A stretch of DNA of 64,000 nucleotides from Candidatus Azotimanducaceae bacterium (lineage in GTDB: Bacteria; Pseudomonadota; Gammaproteobacteria; Pseudomonadales; Azotimanducaceae): assembly GCA_965248075.1 (NCBI GenBank), contig CBDFIL010000002.1:16223-80222 (forward strand), in the 5' to 3' direction. Numbering within the stretch: position 1 is the first letter of the stretch; every line of letters starts with the position of its first letter. The notes under the pieces are model-generated. The model made no database searches. It saw only the letters and a program-made list of their open reading frames with translations, and had not been told where the DNA came from. Position numbers and translations under genes: made by a program. Positions 19,554-27,717 of this stretch are shown piece by piece.

Positions 19554-19812
19554 TGTCGGGAAAAATTGGTGTTCTCAGATTTCCGATATAATCCCGACAT
19601 ATTTGAGCGTATTTTGTCGTGATTTAGGTTCTCTCGACGATTGGAGCACTGAATCCCGACAATTAATCCTGTTTAGTGTCGGGATCCCAACCACAACATC
19701 TCCGTCACGGAGCGACTTCCCGAAATTCTCGCCATATCTCTGTCGGGATTCCTTCGGCTTTCTAGCCCGGATACCATTATTCCGACACTCTCGCGCCGTC
19801 CGTGTCGGGATT
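19554..19812. repeat. AT-rich intergenic array: ~62-bp periodic units, each starting with TGTCGGGAW and carrying the inverted copy WATCCCGACA ~37 bp downstream
   Basis: Forward copies at 19554, 19615 (tgtcgtgat, 1 mismatch), 19677, 19741 and 19803. Reverse copies at 19591, 19652 and 19779 (attccgaca, degenerate), with a weak one near 19726. It lies between divergent genes (deaminase fusion on minus, aminotransferase on plus). Confidence 0.7.
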
Positions 19813-19974
19813 CCCGCGTCTCGCACTCAACCTGGGATTCTGCGCCGCAAACCGCGCAGACTCCCAGTCGGTCAGGCTGTGCAGGCGTCGCGCCGCGCGC
19901 GAAACGGTAAGATGCGCCTGCCTCGCCGAGGCGGCGCAGGCGGTTGCGGCGGGGACTGGCTGTCAGAGGACGAC

Positions 19975-21384
19975 ATGGACAACGAGCAACGGGTCACGCT
20001 GCGCGCGCCCGACCTCGCCACACAGCCCGTCTCGGTGACGCGCAAGATGGCGGCCGCGCTGCCGGAGTTGCGCCGCACCGCCGAGGCGAGCGGACTGACC
20101 ATCCATCACCTCGGCGCCGGCTATCCGAACCCCGAAGTGACGGACCCCAGGGGCTTCCTCGCGGGGGAGGCCGCCTTCTACGAGCACCTGCGGGCGCGGG
20201 AAGGCATTAACGATCCGGAGGCGCTGCCGGATTTCCTGCGGGAGTCCTACGCGTACACGGACACGCTGGGCCCGGTCGGGCCGCGGGAGTCCTTCGCGCG
20301 CGTCTACGGCGCCGACTGGGACGTGGCGATGGACCCGGGGCGACTGATCCCCACGATCGGTGCCACCGGCGGCATCAGCCTCATGTGCTCGCTGTTCGAG
20401 CGTCCCGGAGAGCCGATCGGCTACCTCACGGATGCGCCCACCTACGCCGGGTTTCTCGCCCGGGCGACGCTGTGCCGTCACGCGCGCATCTTCAGCGTGG
20501 ACATGGACGGGGAGGGTCCCGACCCCGATCGGTTCCGCGCCGCCATCGCCGAGGCGCGTGCCGAGGGCCGCTTCGTGCCGTTCTATTACACGGTGCCCGA
20601 CGGGCACAATCCGGCCGGCTTCTCGTTCAGCGCGCGGCGCAGGGAGACCATCCTCGAGATCGCCCGGGACGAGGGCATCCTGATCGTCGAGGACGCCCCC
20701 TACGTCTACATCAGCTACGCGGAGCCTCAGGACCGGCCGAAACCGTTCCTGTCGCTCGATCCCGCCCGGACGGTACACCTCTTCACGGGCTCGAAGATCG
20801 GACTGCCGGGCCCCCGCGTCGGCTTCGTCTACAGCGAAGCGGAGCTCGAGATCGGGGACGGACGCCGGGAGTCGCTGACGGACCTGCTGCTCACCGAAGC
20901 CAGCGCCGACATCCTGTTTCACAATCCGCAGGCGCTGCGTTCGTTCGAGTCGCTGCTGCACGACGAGTCGGGCCGCCTGCGCGACTCGCTGTGGCCGGTG
21001 GCGAACGCCAAGCTCGAGGTGTACCGCGAGAACCGCTCCATCATGCTGGACGGCCTGCAGCGCAGCCTCGGCGCCTGGCCGGAGCGTTTTCGCTGGACGG
21101 TTCCGGAAGCCGGCTTTTTCACGGTGTTCCGCTTCCTGGACCCGGACATCGTCACCGACGACGAGTTCGTTGCGCGCCTCGTCGCGCAATACGGGGTCGT
21201 GGTGATCCCGATGTACGACTTCTATCCGGCGGACGCCCGCGAACGCAATCCGCGCGCGGGGCTCGACGAACTGCGGCTGTCGTTCTGCTTCACGGAGCGC
21301 ACCGGAAAGGCGCGGGTGGAGGATCTCGGCGCTGCGGTCGAGGCGTTTGCCCGCGCGGTGCGTGCGGAGTCCGGGCTGACATGA
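19975..21384 (+). CDS. PLP-dependent aminotransferase, class I/II fold (469 aa)
   Basis: HNPAGFSFS, ILIVEDAPYVY, HLFTGSKIGLPGPRVGFVY (Lys present). Start at ATG 19975 with AGAGGA 5-10 nt upstream. The longer ORF from 19603 would run through the AT-rich array. Confidence 0.85.
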   Translation: MDNEQRVTLRAPDLATQPVSVTRKMAAALPELRRTAEASGLTIHHLGAGYPNPEVTDPRGFLAGEAAFYEHLRAREGINDPEALPDFLRESYAYTDTLGPVGPRESFARVYGADWDVAMDPGRLIPTIGATGGISLMCSLFERPGEPIGYLTDAPTYAGFLARATLCRHARIFSVDMDGEGPDPDRFRAAIAEARAEGRFVPFYYTVPDGHNPAGFSFSARRRETILEIARDEGILIVEDAPYVYISYAEPQDRPKPFLSLDPARTVHLFTGSKIGLPGPRVGFVYSEAELEIGDGRRESLTDLLLTEASADILFHNPQALRSFESLLHDESGRLRDSLWPVANAKLEVYRENRSIMLDGLQRSLGAWPERFRWTVPEAGFFTVFRFLDPDIVTDDEFVARLVAQYGVVVIPMYDFYPADARERNPRAGLDELRLSFCFTERTGKARVEDLGAAVEAFARAVRAESGLT

Positions 21385-21424
21385 ACCTGGATGCACCGGC
21401 GCCCGATACAACGGAGCCTGTCCG

Positions 21425-22708
21425 ATGACCGATGCCCGGGCCGCGCCGGTTGCCCCGGGAGATCGTATCGAGGCCCTGGACGTCCTGCGCGGGTTCGCGC
21501 TGCTCGGCATCCTGCTGCTCAATATCATCGGCTTCGGGCTGCCGTTCCTGTCGTATCTGAACCCTGCTGCCGACGGCGCGACGAGCGGCGTCAACTTCGG
21601 CGTGTACGTGACGGTGGAGCTCTTCTTCGAGGGCGCCCTGCGCGCGCTCTTTTCCATGCTGTTCGGCGCCGGCGTCATCCTCTTCTCGAGCGGCAAGGGC
21701 GCAGGGCCGTACTACCGGCGCCAGTTGCTGCTGTTGCTGTTCGGGCTGTTCGACGCCTTCGTCCTGCTCTGGTCGGGGGACATCCTCGTCCCCTACGCCC
21801 TGGCGGGGCTGGTCCTGTACCTCGTGCGCAACTGGCGCCCGCGCAGTCTCTACATCGCTTCGGCGGTGGTCTTCGCCTACCTCGCGCTGTTCTATGGAGT
21901 GGTGCTCACGGCGGTCACGGTACTGCCTGGCCAGGTGGCCGAGATCCAGGCAGCCGTCGCGGCCGGAGAGTCGGTGAGCGGGGCAGACCGTGCGCTCCTC
22001 GTGCAGCACGCGGAACTCAACTTCGTCGTGCATCCGCCGGCGCAGGAACTGGCGCGCGAAATCACGAACTGGCGGGGGACATACCCGGAAGCCCTGGCCG
22101 CCAACGCGCGCGGGCTCCTCGGCGCTACCTACCCGACGAACCTCCCCCTGCTCCTGTTCTGGGATGCGCTGGCAGCGATGCTGCTCGGGATGGCCCTGTA
22201 TCGCTCCGGAGCCCTGCAGGCCAGGCGGTCGCCGCGCTTCTACGGGATTCTCGCGGGCGTAGGTCTGTGTGTCGGGCTGCTGGTCAACGGTCTCGAGGTC
22301 GGTCTGCGCGCGATGACGGGTTTCGATGCCCAGTGGTTGCCGAGTTTCTCGTCGCCGCTCTACGACGTGGGGCGTGTGGCGATGGGCCTCGGCTACCTGG
22401 GTGTCGTCATGCTCATCTGTCAGCGCGGTCTCTGGGCGGCGGTGCGGCGGGCGCTTGCCGCTGTGGGCCGCATGGCGCTCAGCAACTACCTGATGCAGAG
22501 CCTGATCTGCCTGTTCGTCTTCCACGAGATCGGGCTCGGCTGGTGGAACGAGCTGGAGCGCTATCAGCTCTATTTCGTCGTCATCGCGGTCTGGGCGTTC
22601 CAGGTCGCGTTCAGCGTGTGGTGGATGGGCCGCTACCGCTTCGGCCCAATGGAATGGTTGTGGCGGGCGCTGACGTACGGGCGTCCGCCGCCGATGGTGA
22701 ATGCCTGA
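21425..22708 (+). CDS. DUF418 (YeiB-like) polytopic membrane protein
   Basis: DVLRGFALLGILLLNIIGFG, MALSNYLMQSLI, GPMEWLWRALTYG motifs; many hydrophobic helices. Confidence 0.85.
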   Translation: MTDARAAPVAPGDRIEALDVLRGFALLGILLLNIIGFGLPFLSYLNPAADGATSGVNFGVYVTVELFFEGALRALFSMLFGAGVILFSSGKGAGPYYRRQLLLLLFGLFDAFVLLWSGDILVPYALAGLVLYLVRNWRPRSLYIASAVVFAYLALFYGVVLTAVTVLPGQVAEIQAAVAAGESVSGADRALLVQHAELNFVVHPPAQELAREITNWRGTYPEALAANARGLLGATYPTNLPLLLFWDALAAMLLGMALYRSGALQARRSPRFYGILAGVGLCVGLLVNGLEVGLRAMTGFDAQWLPSFSSPLYDVGRVAMGLGYLGVVMLICQRGLWAAVRRALAAVGRMALSNYLMQSLICLFVFHEIGLGWWNELERYQLYFVVIAVWAFQVAFSVWWMGRYRFGPMEWLWRALTYGRPPPMVNA

Positions 22709-23460
22709 TGGACATCGCGCGCGCGGCGGCGCGCCGGTTGGAGCACTTCGACCGGCGCGCGCCAGACCCCACCGCGGCCGTGGCGGATCCGGAGGGGGGG
22801 TACGCCATCCAGGCCGAGGTCGCCCGGCTGCGTCAGGACCGAGGCGAGATTGTCATCGGCTACAAGGTGGGTTGCACATCGCCTGCCACCCAGCGGCAAC
22901 TGGCGATCGACGGCCCCATCTTCGGCCGGCTGTTCGAGGGCGAGCGCTGGCCCTCCGGCGTGGTGCTTGCACGTGACCGTTTCCTGCAGTTGGCTTTCGA
23001 GGGCGAGCTGGCGGTCCACCTCGGTCGCGAGCTGCCCGACGAGCCCGACGCGGCGGCCGTGCTGGCATCGATCGACGCGGTGTTCGCGGTCATCGAACTG
23101 CACCACTTCCCGTATCGGGAGCAAGGACCCTCGGCTGCGGAACTCATTGCGAGCAACGGAGTGCATGCCGGCCATGTCTTTGCCGGCGCCGGTGTGGCGG
23201 CGCTGGATGACGCGTCCGCCAGCCTCTCGATCGAGATCGACGGCAGCGAGGCCGCGGCGGTATCGGGACCGGAGCTGACACGCACCATAGCGTCCTCGCT
23301 GGCGTGGCTTGCCCGCGAACTGCCGCGACGCGGGGAGCGGCTCCAGCCGGGTCACACCGTCCTCTGTGGAACGGTGGCGCCCCTCCTGCCGGCGCCGGAC
23401 GCGCGCGAGGTCACCGTAACGACGGACCGCTTCGGCTCCGTCCGGTGCACCCTCGAATAA
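22708..23460 (+). CDS. 2-keto-4-pentenoate hydratase / FAH-family hydratase-decarboxylase-like protein
   Basis: C-terminal 251 aa of ORF 21391..23460: GYAIQAEVARLRQDRGEIVIGYKVGCTSPATQRQL...ELAVHLG...IELHHF. ATG 22708 overlaps the DUF418 stop by 1 nt (TGATG). Confidence 0.8.
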   Translation: MDIARAAARRLEHFDRRAPDPTAAVADPEGGYAIQAEVARLRQDRGEIVIGYKVGCTSPATQRQLAIDGPIFGRLFEGERWPSGVVLARDRFLQLAFEGELAVHLGRELPDEPDAAAVLASIDAVFAVIELHHFPYREQGPSAAELIASNGVHAGHVFAGAGVAALDDASASLSIEIDGSEAAAVSGPELTRTIASSLAWLARELPRRGERLQPGHTVLCGTVAPLLPAPDAREVTVTTDRFGSVRCTLE

Positions 23461-23599
23461 GCGGCGTCCCGTCTCGAATTCACGCAGAGTGTCGGCGCGG
23501 GCGATTGTAGCTTTCCACGGTGGGTCCACCGCGCAGACATGCAAGGAACATGGGTGCATGGGTGGTAAGCGTTCGGTCGAGTCGTGACGGTTGCAGATT

Positions 23600-24481
23600 C
23601 TACCGATTGAGGATGCGCTTCCAGTCCTTGCGCAGGGGTCGGAGCCAGATGTCCTTTTTTGGCTTGTCGTAGCGGTTGTTGGTGTCGTAGCGCCCGCGCC
23701 CTTGGGTCGGGCCGACGCGGATCCAGCCGGAGGCGCGGTAAACGGCACCGGTGTAGCGTGGCGTTTCGACGAAGGTCTCGATCAGCACCGGGTTGTTGCC
23801 GTAGCGCGCCGTCCAGTCGCCGGGCAGGCGCTGGCGGACGCGGGCGAGGATGTGCGAGCCGAGGTTGGGGATGTGGATCCAGGGCAGGATCAGGAAGCGC
23901 GGGTTGTCGACGACGAGCGGCAGGTTCTTCTCGCGCATCTGCCGCGACCAGCCGATGAAGCGGTCGCGCGGGGCGAGGGTCCAGGCGGCGGTGGAGAAGC
24001 CGAGCATGGCCAGCGGCGTGCCGTCGTGGGCGTGCACGGCGTAGCGCATCTGGGCGCCGACCAGGGTGGTGTAACCGAGGTAGTGGTAGCGGGCGACGAA
24101 CTCGTTCCAGAGCTTGCCCTCGCGGCCGTAGCCGACGATCGGTCGCAGGCTGAGCGGGCGGACCGCCGGCAGCGTGTCGGGCGGCGGCAGCAGCGGCGGT
24201 TCGGTGTCCGGTCCGAAGGTTGCGGGGCGGCGCGGTGGGCGCGGCCATTTCGGCGGCGGCAGTTCGATCCGCCCGTCTTTGTGCATGGCCAGCATGACGA
24301 CACGGGCCATCATGTCCTTGAGCCCGCCGTCGGCCTTGAACCAGCCGATGCGGCGGCAGAACTCCTTGGACAGGGCGTGGCGGTTGAGCGCCGGCGGGCT
24401 GGCGATCAGCGCGCGCAAGAGCGCCATCTCGTCGGCGCTGAAGTCGCGCCCGTGGTAGCGGCACTCGACGCTACCCGTCAT
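23600..24481 (-). CDS. DUF4338-like accessory protein carried inside the IS66-type element
   Basis: MTGSVECRYHGRDFSADEMALLRALI...WNEFVARYHYLGYTTLVGAQMRY...DNPRFLILPWIHIPNLGSHILA...ETFVETPRYTGAVYRASGW. Its ATG overlaps the transposase stop (ATGA at 24478-24481). Confidence 0.75.
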   Translation of the reverse strand: MTGSVECRYHGRDFSADEMALLRALIASPPALNRHALSKEFCRRIGWFKADGGLKDMMARVVMLAMHKDGRIELPPPKWPRPPRRPATFGPDTEPPLLPPPDTLPAVRPLSLRPIVGYGREGKLWNEFVARYHYLGYTTLVGAQMRYAVHAHDGTPLAMLGFSTAAWTLAPRDRFIGWSRQMREKNLPLVVDNPRFLILPWIHIPNLGSHILARVRQRLPGDWTARYGNNPVLIETFVETPRYTGAVYRASGWIRVGPTQGRGRYDTNNRYDKPKKDIWLRPLRKDWKRILNR

Positions 24482-26460
24482 GTCGGCGCCGCCAGTTCGC
24501 GCTGGCGTGCATCGTCCATCGACCAGGGCAGCCAGGGCGACAGATCGGCCGGTGGCCGGCCGCCGTTCTCGGCGCACGCCGCCAGCCAGGCTTCGAGCCA
24601 GCGCAGGACATCGATCCGGTTCAGCGTCAGGGTGCCGACCACGGAGTACATCAGCGCCGTGAACCGGGCACCGGTTTCACTGTCGGAGCCGAACGACAGG
24701 CGGCGTCCGATCACCGGCCCTCTGAGCACGCGCTCAGCAAAGTTATTGTCCATCGGGGTGCGCGGCCGGGCGACGAACACGCTCAGCCCCTCGCGGTGGT
24801 TGACGAGCGAGCGTAGCGCCTTGCCCTCGCGGGCGTGCTCCTGCAAGCGGTCGAGTTCCCGCCCGGCGCGCGCGAACAGGCCGTCGAGGGCCGCCTGCAG
24901 CGCATCCTGCGCCGCGTCGAACACGGCGCTCTGGCGCTCCACGGTCGGGTCGTAGCGGGCCAGCCGCGCCTCGTTCAGGCGGTAGATGGCGGCGATCCGG
25001 GCGAGCCATGCCTGGCACCAGCCGGTGAGGTCGACCTGCGCAGCGGCGCACTGGATGAAGTCCCGGCGCATGTGCGCCCAGCAGAACTGCAGGGTCACCA
25101 TGCCGCCGAGCAGCCGCGCCAGCTTCTTGTAGGCGCTGTAGCGATCGCAGACGATCACCGTGCCGGACCGGAGTTCCCCGAACAGCGTCGCCGCCGCCTC
25201 GGCGCTGCGGCTCGGGTCGATGTGGAAGTAGACCGCGTTGTTGCCGACCGAGGTCCACAGCCAGGCGCGCGCCGAACGGCCCTCAACGCGCAGCGCCTGT
25301 ACCCGCCAGGTGGTCTCGTCGGCGTGGCGCAGCGCGGATGCGTTCTGGTGCGCGCGGATCGCCTCGGCGAGCGGCTCGAACAGGGGCACGAAGCGCGGCG
25401 CGCTGTCGGCCAGCGTGCCGGGCGCGACCGGCAGCCCCTGGTCCCCCAGCCACGCGGCGACCCGGTGCAGCGGGCGCAGGCACGCGTAGTGCTCGAACAG
25501 GAAGCGTGACCATACGCTCGTGCCGTACGGCGTGCTGGGGAACAGCCGCGGCACCGGCGGTGCCGTGAGTTCCGCTGGCGACGATGCGCAGCCGCACCTC
25601 CGCCGCCAGCGCCCGCGCCGGATCACCCGCCGGTGGGCGCGCACCTCGATCTCGAGAAGCGACGACTCGTCGGCGCCGTTCGCTGCGTAGGCCTTCCCGC
25701 ACGCCGCGCAGACGCGCGCTTCGACCGGCGGGGCGTGCACCTCCACCCGCTCCTCGATGCCGGGACGCGGCGTGCGTCCGTGGCCGGGCGCGCCGGAGCG
25801 CTGGCCTCGACGGCGTCCGCAGCGCGGCGTCTCCTGCTTCTCGCTCCGGCGCCCGTACAGCGTCCCGGACAGCACCGCCGCGGTCGCGCGCAGCTTCGAC
25901 AGCTCCGCTTCCAGCGTCCCGACCCGGCCCTGCGACGCCTTCGCGGTCCGCCGCAGCCGGGCGTTCTCCTTCGTCAACGCGTTGAGCGCGGTCTTCTGGC
26001 GCCGCGACCGGCGCAGAGCCTTGCGTAACTCGGCGTCCGCCTGGACCTTCGCCCCCGCCGCCGCCTTGCGCAGCCGGGCGACCTCCCTGCGCAGCGATAT
26101 CTCCGTACCGCGCGGGTGCGGGTCGACGCCCGCTTCCCCGAGCAGCCGCGTCAGGCGTGCCACCTCGGCTTCGAGAAACAGCGCGTTCTTCGCCGCGCGG
26201 CGGGCCGCGTTCGCGTCTTCGACCGCCGCCAGCCGCTTGCGGCGCGCCTCCTTGAACTGCCACTTCAACGACTCCGCCGTGCTACGGGCGACCACCTCCG
26301 CCCACTTCAACTCCTCCGCGCGCGCTTCGGCCGCTTCCGCCCGCTCCAGGGTCTGCTCGTACAGCCGCCGCCAGTCCGGCGGCGTGCGCACCAAAGCCCC
26401 CTCGGCAACGTCGGGGACCGCGGCCACTTCCGTATCGCGATACGCCATGCTGGCGACCAT
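24478..26460 (-). CDS. IS66-family transposase (660 aa)
   Basis: Coiled-coil N-terminus, CAACGKAY zinc-finger-like segment, ...YGTSVWSRFLFEHYACLRPLHRV...HADETTWRV...VCDRYSAYKKLAR...LQFCWAHMRRDF. Confidence 0.92.
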   Translation of the reverse strand: MVASMAYRDTEVAAVPDVAEGALVRTPPDWRRLYEQTLERAEAAEARAEELKWAEVVARSTAESLKWQFKEARRKRLAAVEDANAARRAAKNALFLEAEVARLTRLLGEAGVDPHPRGTEISLRREVARLRKAAAGAKVQADAELRKALRRSRRQKTALNALTKENARLRRTAKASQGRVGTLEAELSKLRATAAVLSGTLYGRRSEKQETPRCGRRRGQRSGAPGHGRTPRPGIEERVEVHAPPVEARVCAACGKAYAANGADESSLLEIEVRAHRRVIRRGRWRRRCGCASSPAELTAPPVPRLFPSTPYGTSVWSRFLFEHYACLRPLHRVAAWLGDQGLPVAPGTLADSAPRFVPLFEPLAEAIRAHQNASALRHADETTWRVQALRVEGRSARAWLWTSVGNNAVYFHIDPSRSAEAAATLFGELRSGTVIVCDRYSAYKKLARLLGGMVTLQFCWAHMRRDFIQCAAAQVDLTGWCQAWLARIAAIYRLNEARLARYDPTVERQSAVFDAAQDALQAALDGLFARAGRELDRLQEHAREGKALRSLVNHREGLSVFVARPRTPMDNNFAERVLRGPVIGRRLSFGSDSETGARFTALMYSVVGTLTLNRIDVLRWLEAWLAACAENGGRPPADLSPWLPWSMDDARQRELAAPT

Positions 26461-26740
26461 AGCGGAACGCGAACCGTGTTACCAGTCCCTGAAGCTACCC
26501 GTCACGACTCGACCGAACGCTTACCATGGGTGGGGCGACGCGCGCCAGCGGCTCGTAGAGGCGCTTTTCGTGGCCCAGTTAAATCAATGGCTTACGTGAT
26601 GTTCCATGCAAGTTTCCCCCCCGGCGCGCCGGGGCACTGACGTGCAGGAAACAAGGGCGGCGGCCGCCGCCTGGGCACCTTGAGTTATGTTAAATGGCGT
26701 TCTGCCAACCCGTTGAATTAAAAGGAGTTCGGTTTTTGTT

Positions 26741-26822
26741 CCATGCGAGGGGACGGGCTTGTCCCGTCCCGTCTTGAGTTCATGCAGGGTCTCGGCGCGG
26801 GCGACCGCCGGGGTCGCCCCTA
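26741..26822. repeat. REPIN-like element (two inverted GC-rich palindromes joined by a conserved linker)
   Basis: gaggggacgggcttgtcccgtccc ... tcttgagttcatgcagggtctcggcgcgggcga ... ccgccggggtcgcccctac. The linker is related to those at 17410-17440, 23470-23510 and 31880-31905. Confidence 0.75.
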
Positions 26823-27584
26823 CATGGGGATGCGCCGTGTTCGCATGCTGGTCCGCCAGTCGCGCTCCGGCGACTCGCAGTCCGCGGTGGCGTAGTGGGT
26901 CGAGATGACGCGGCGGCAGGCGTCGGTGCGGTTGTGGCCGGAGCCGTGAATCAGCAGCGGGTGGAAGAGGAGCGTGTCGCCGGCCTGCATCTCGATGTGG
27001 ACATGCTCGCCGACGGCAGCGTCCCCGACTCCGAAGAAACCCGAATTGAGGTGTTCCCAGTCGGGGTAGCCGTGATCGAGCAGTTCGCCCTGGTGACTGC
27101 CGGGGACCACCGCCAGGCACCCGTTGTCGCGGTGGGTCTCCGTGAACGTCGTCCAGGTGCCCACGATCTTTTCCGGCGGGCGCATGCGGAAGTAGTGCAG
27201 ATCCTGGTGCAGCGGATGGCGTCCGTCGATGCCCGGCGGCTTGTTGAACACGTTCGTCGCGACGGTGTAGAGGTCGCCGGGGCCGATCAGGCTGCGTACG
27301 GCGGCGAGCAGAGCGGGCTCCGTCGTGTAGCCATACAGATCCGGGTCTTCCTCGAACTGCAGCAGCTTGTTGACGGCCTCCACCGACGTGCGCGGCCGTA
27401 CCGCGCCGGTGACCACCATCACGTCGCGCATCATCTTCATGCCGGGCGCGGGCGCAACGGCTTCGCTCGCATACTTGAGGAAGCGCTCCTCGTAGGCCTT
27501 CAAATGCGCCTCCGGGACGAGTCCCGGCAGGAGCAGGAAGCCCTGCGTGCCGTACTGCTGGATCTGCTCGGGGGTCAGGCTCAT
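26820..27584 (-). CDS. Phytanoyl-CoA dioxygenase (PhyH) family Fe(II)/2OG oxygenase
   Basis: MSLTPEQIQQYGTQGFLLLPGLV..., HPLHQDLHYF, AVVPGSHQGEL, LLFHPLLIHGSGHN. Start ATG 27584. Confidence 0.87.
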   Translation of the reverse strand: MSLTPEQIQQYGTQGFLLLPGLVPEAHLKAYEERFLKYASEAVAPAPGMKMMRDVMVVTGAVRPRTSVEAVNKLLQFEEDPDLYGYTTEPALLAAVRSLIGPGDLYTVATNVFNKPPGIDGRHPLHQDLHYFRMRPPEKIVGTWTTFTETHRDNGCLAVVPGSHQGELLDHGYPDWEHLNSGFFGVGDAAVGEHVHIEMQAGDTLLFHPLLIHGSGHNRTDACRRVISTHYATADCESPERDWRTSMRTRRIPM

Positions 27585-27717
27585 TCGTCTCGACGCACTG
27601 GCTCGCGTGTGAACGGTAGTGTATCCCGAGGGCCGGGGACTTCGCCTGCGACCGCGTCGTAACATCGCGCGGCCGTCGTCCCCACGTTCCGGGACGCGCT
27701 ACACCAGGAGGCCGAGC

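Larger units (their letters stand above)
23565..26524 (-). mobile_element. IS66-family insertion sequence (2960 bp) with 8-bp target-site duplication CATGGGTG
   Basis: Terminal inverted repeats GTAAGCGTTCGGTCGAGTCGTGACGG (23565-23590 and the reverse complement at 26499-26524). Identical 8-mers catgggtg flank it at 23557-23564 and 26525-26532. GTAAGCG termini and 8-bp duplications are IS66 hallmarks. Confidence 0.92.

Noticed and set aside
19603-19974. N-terminal 124 codons of ORF 19603..21384 as part of the aminotransferase
   Set aside because: This stretch runs through the AT-rich motif array and the promoter-like box. Its product is not protein-like. ATG 19975 has a good AGAGGA SD and starts the conserved sequence.
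21391-22707. First 439 codons of the 689-aa ORF 21391..23460
   Set aside because: They overlap the DUF418 membrane-protein gene in another frame and have an R/P/G-rich composition. Only the last 251 codons (from ATG 22708) resemble a hydratase.
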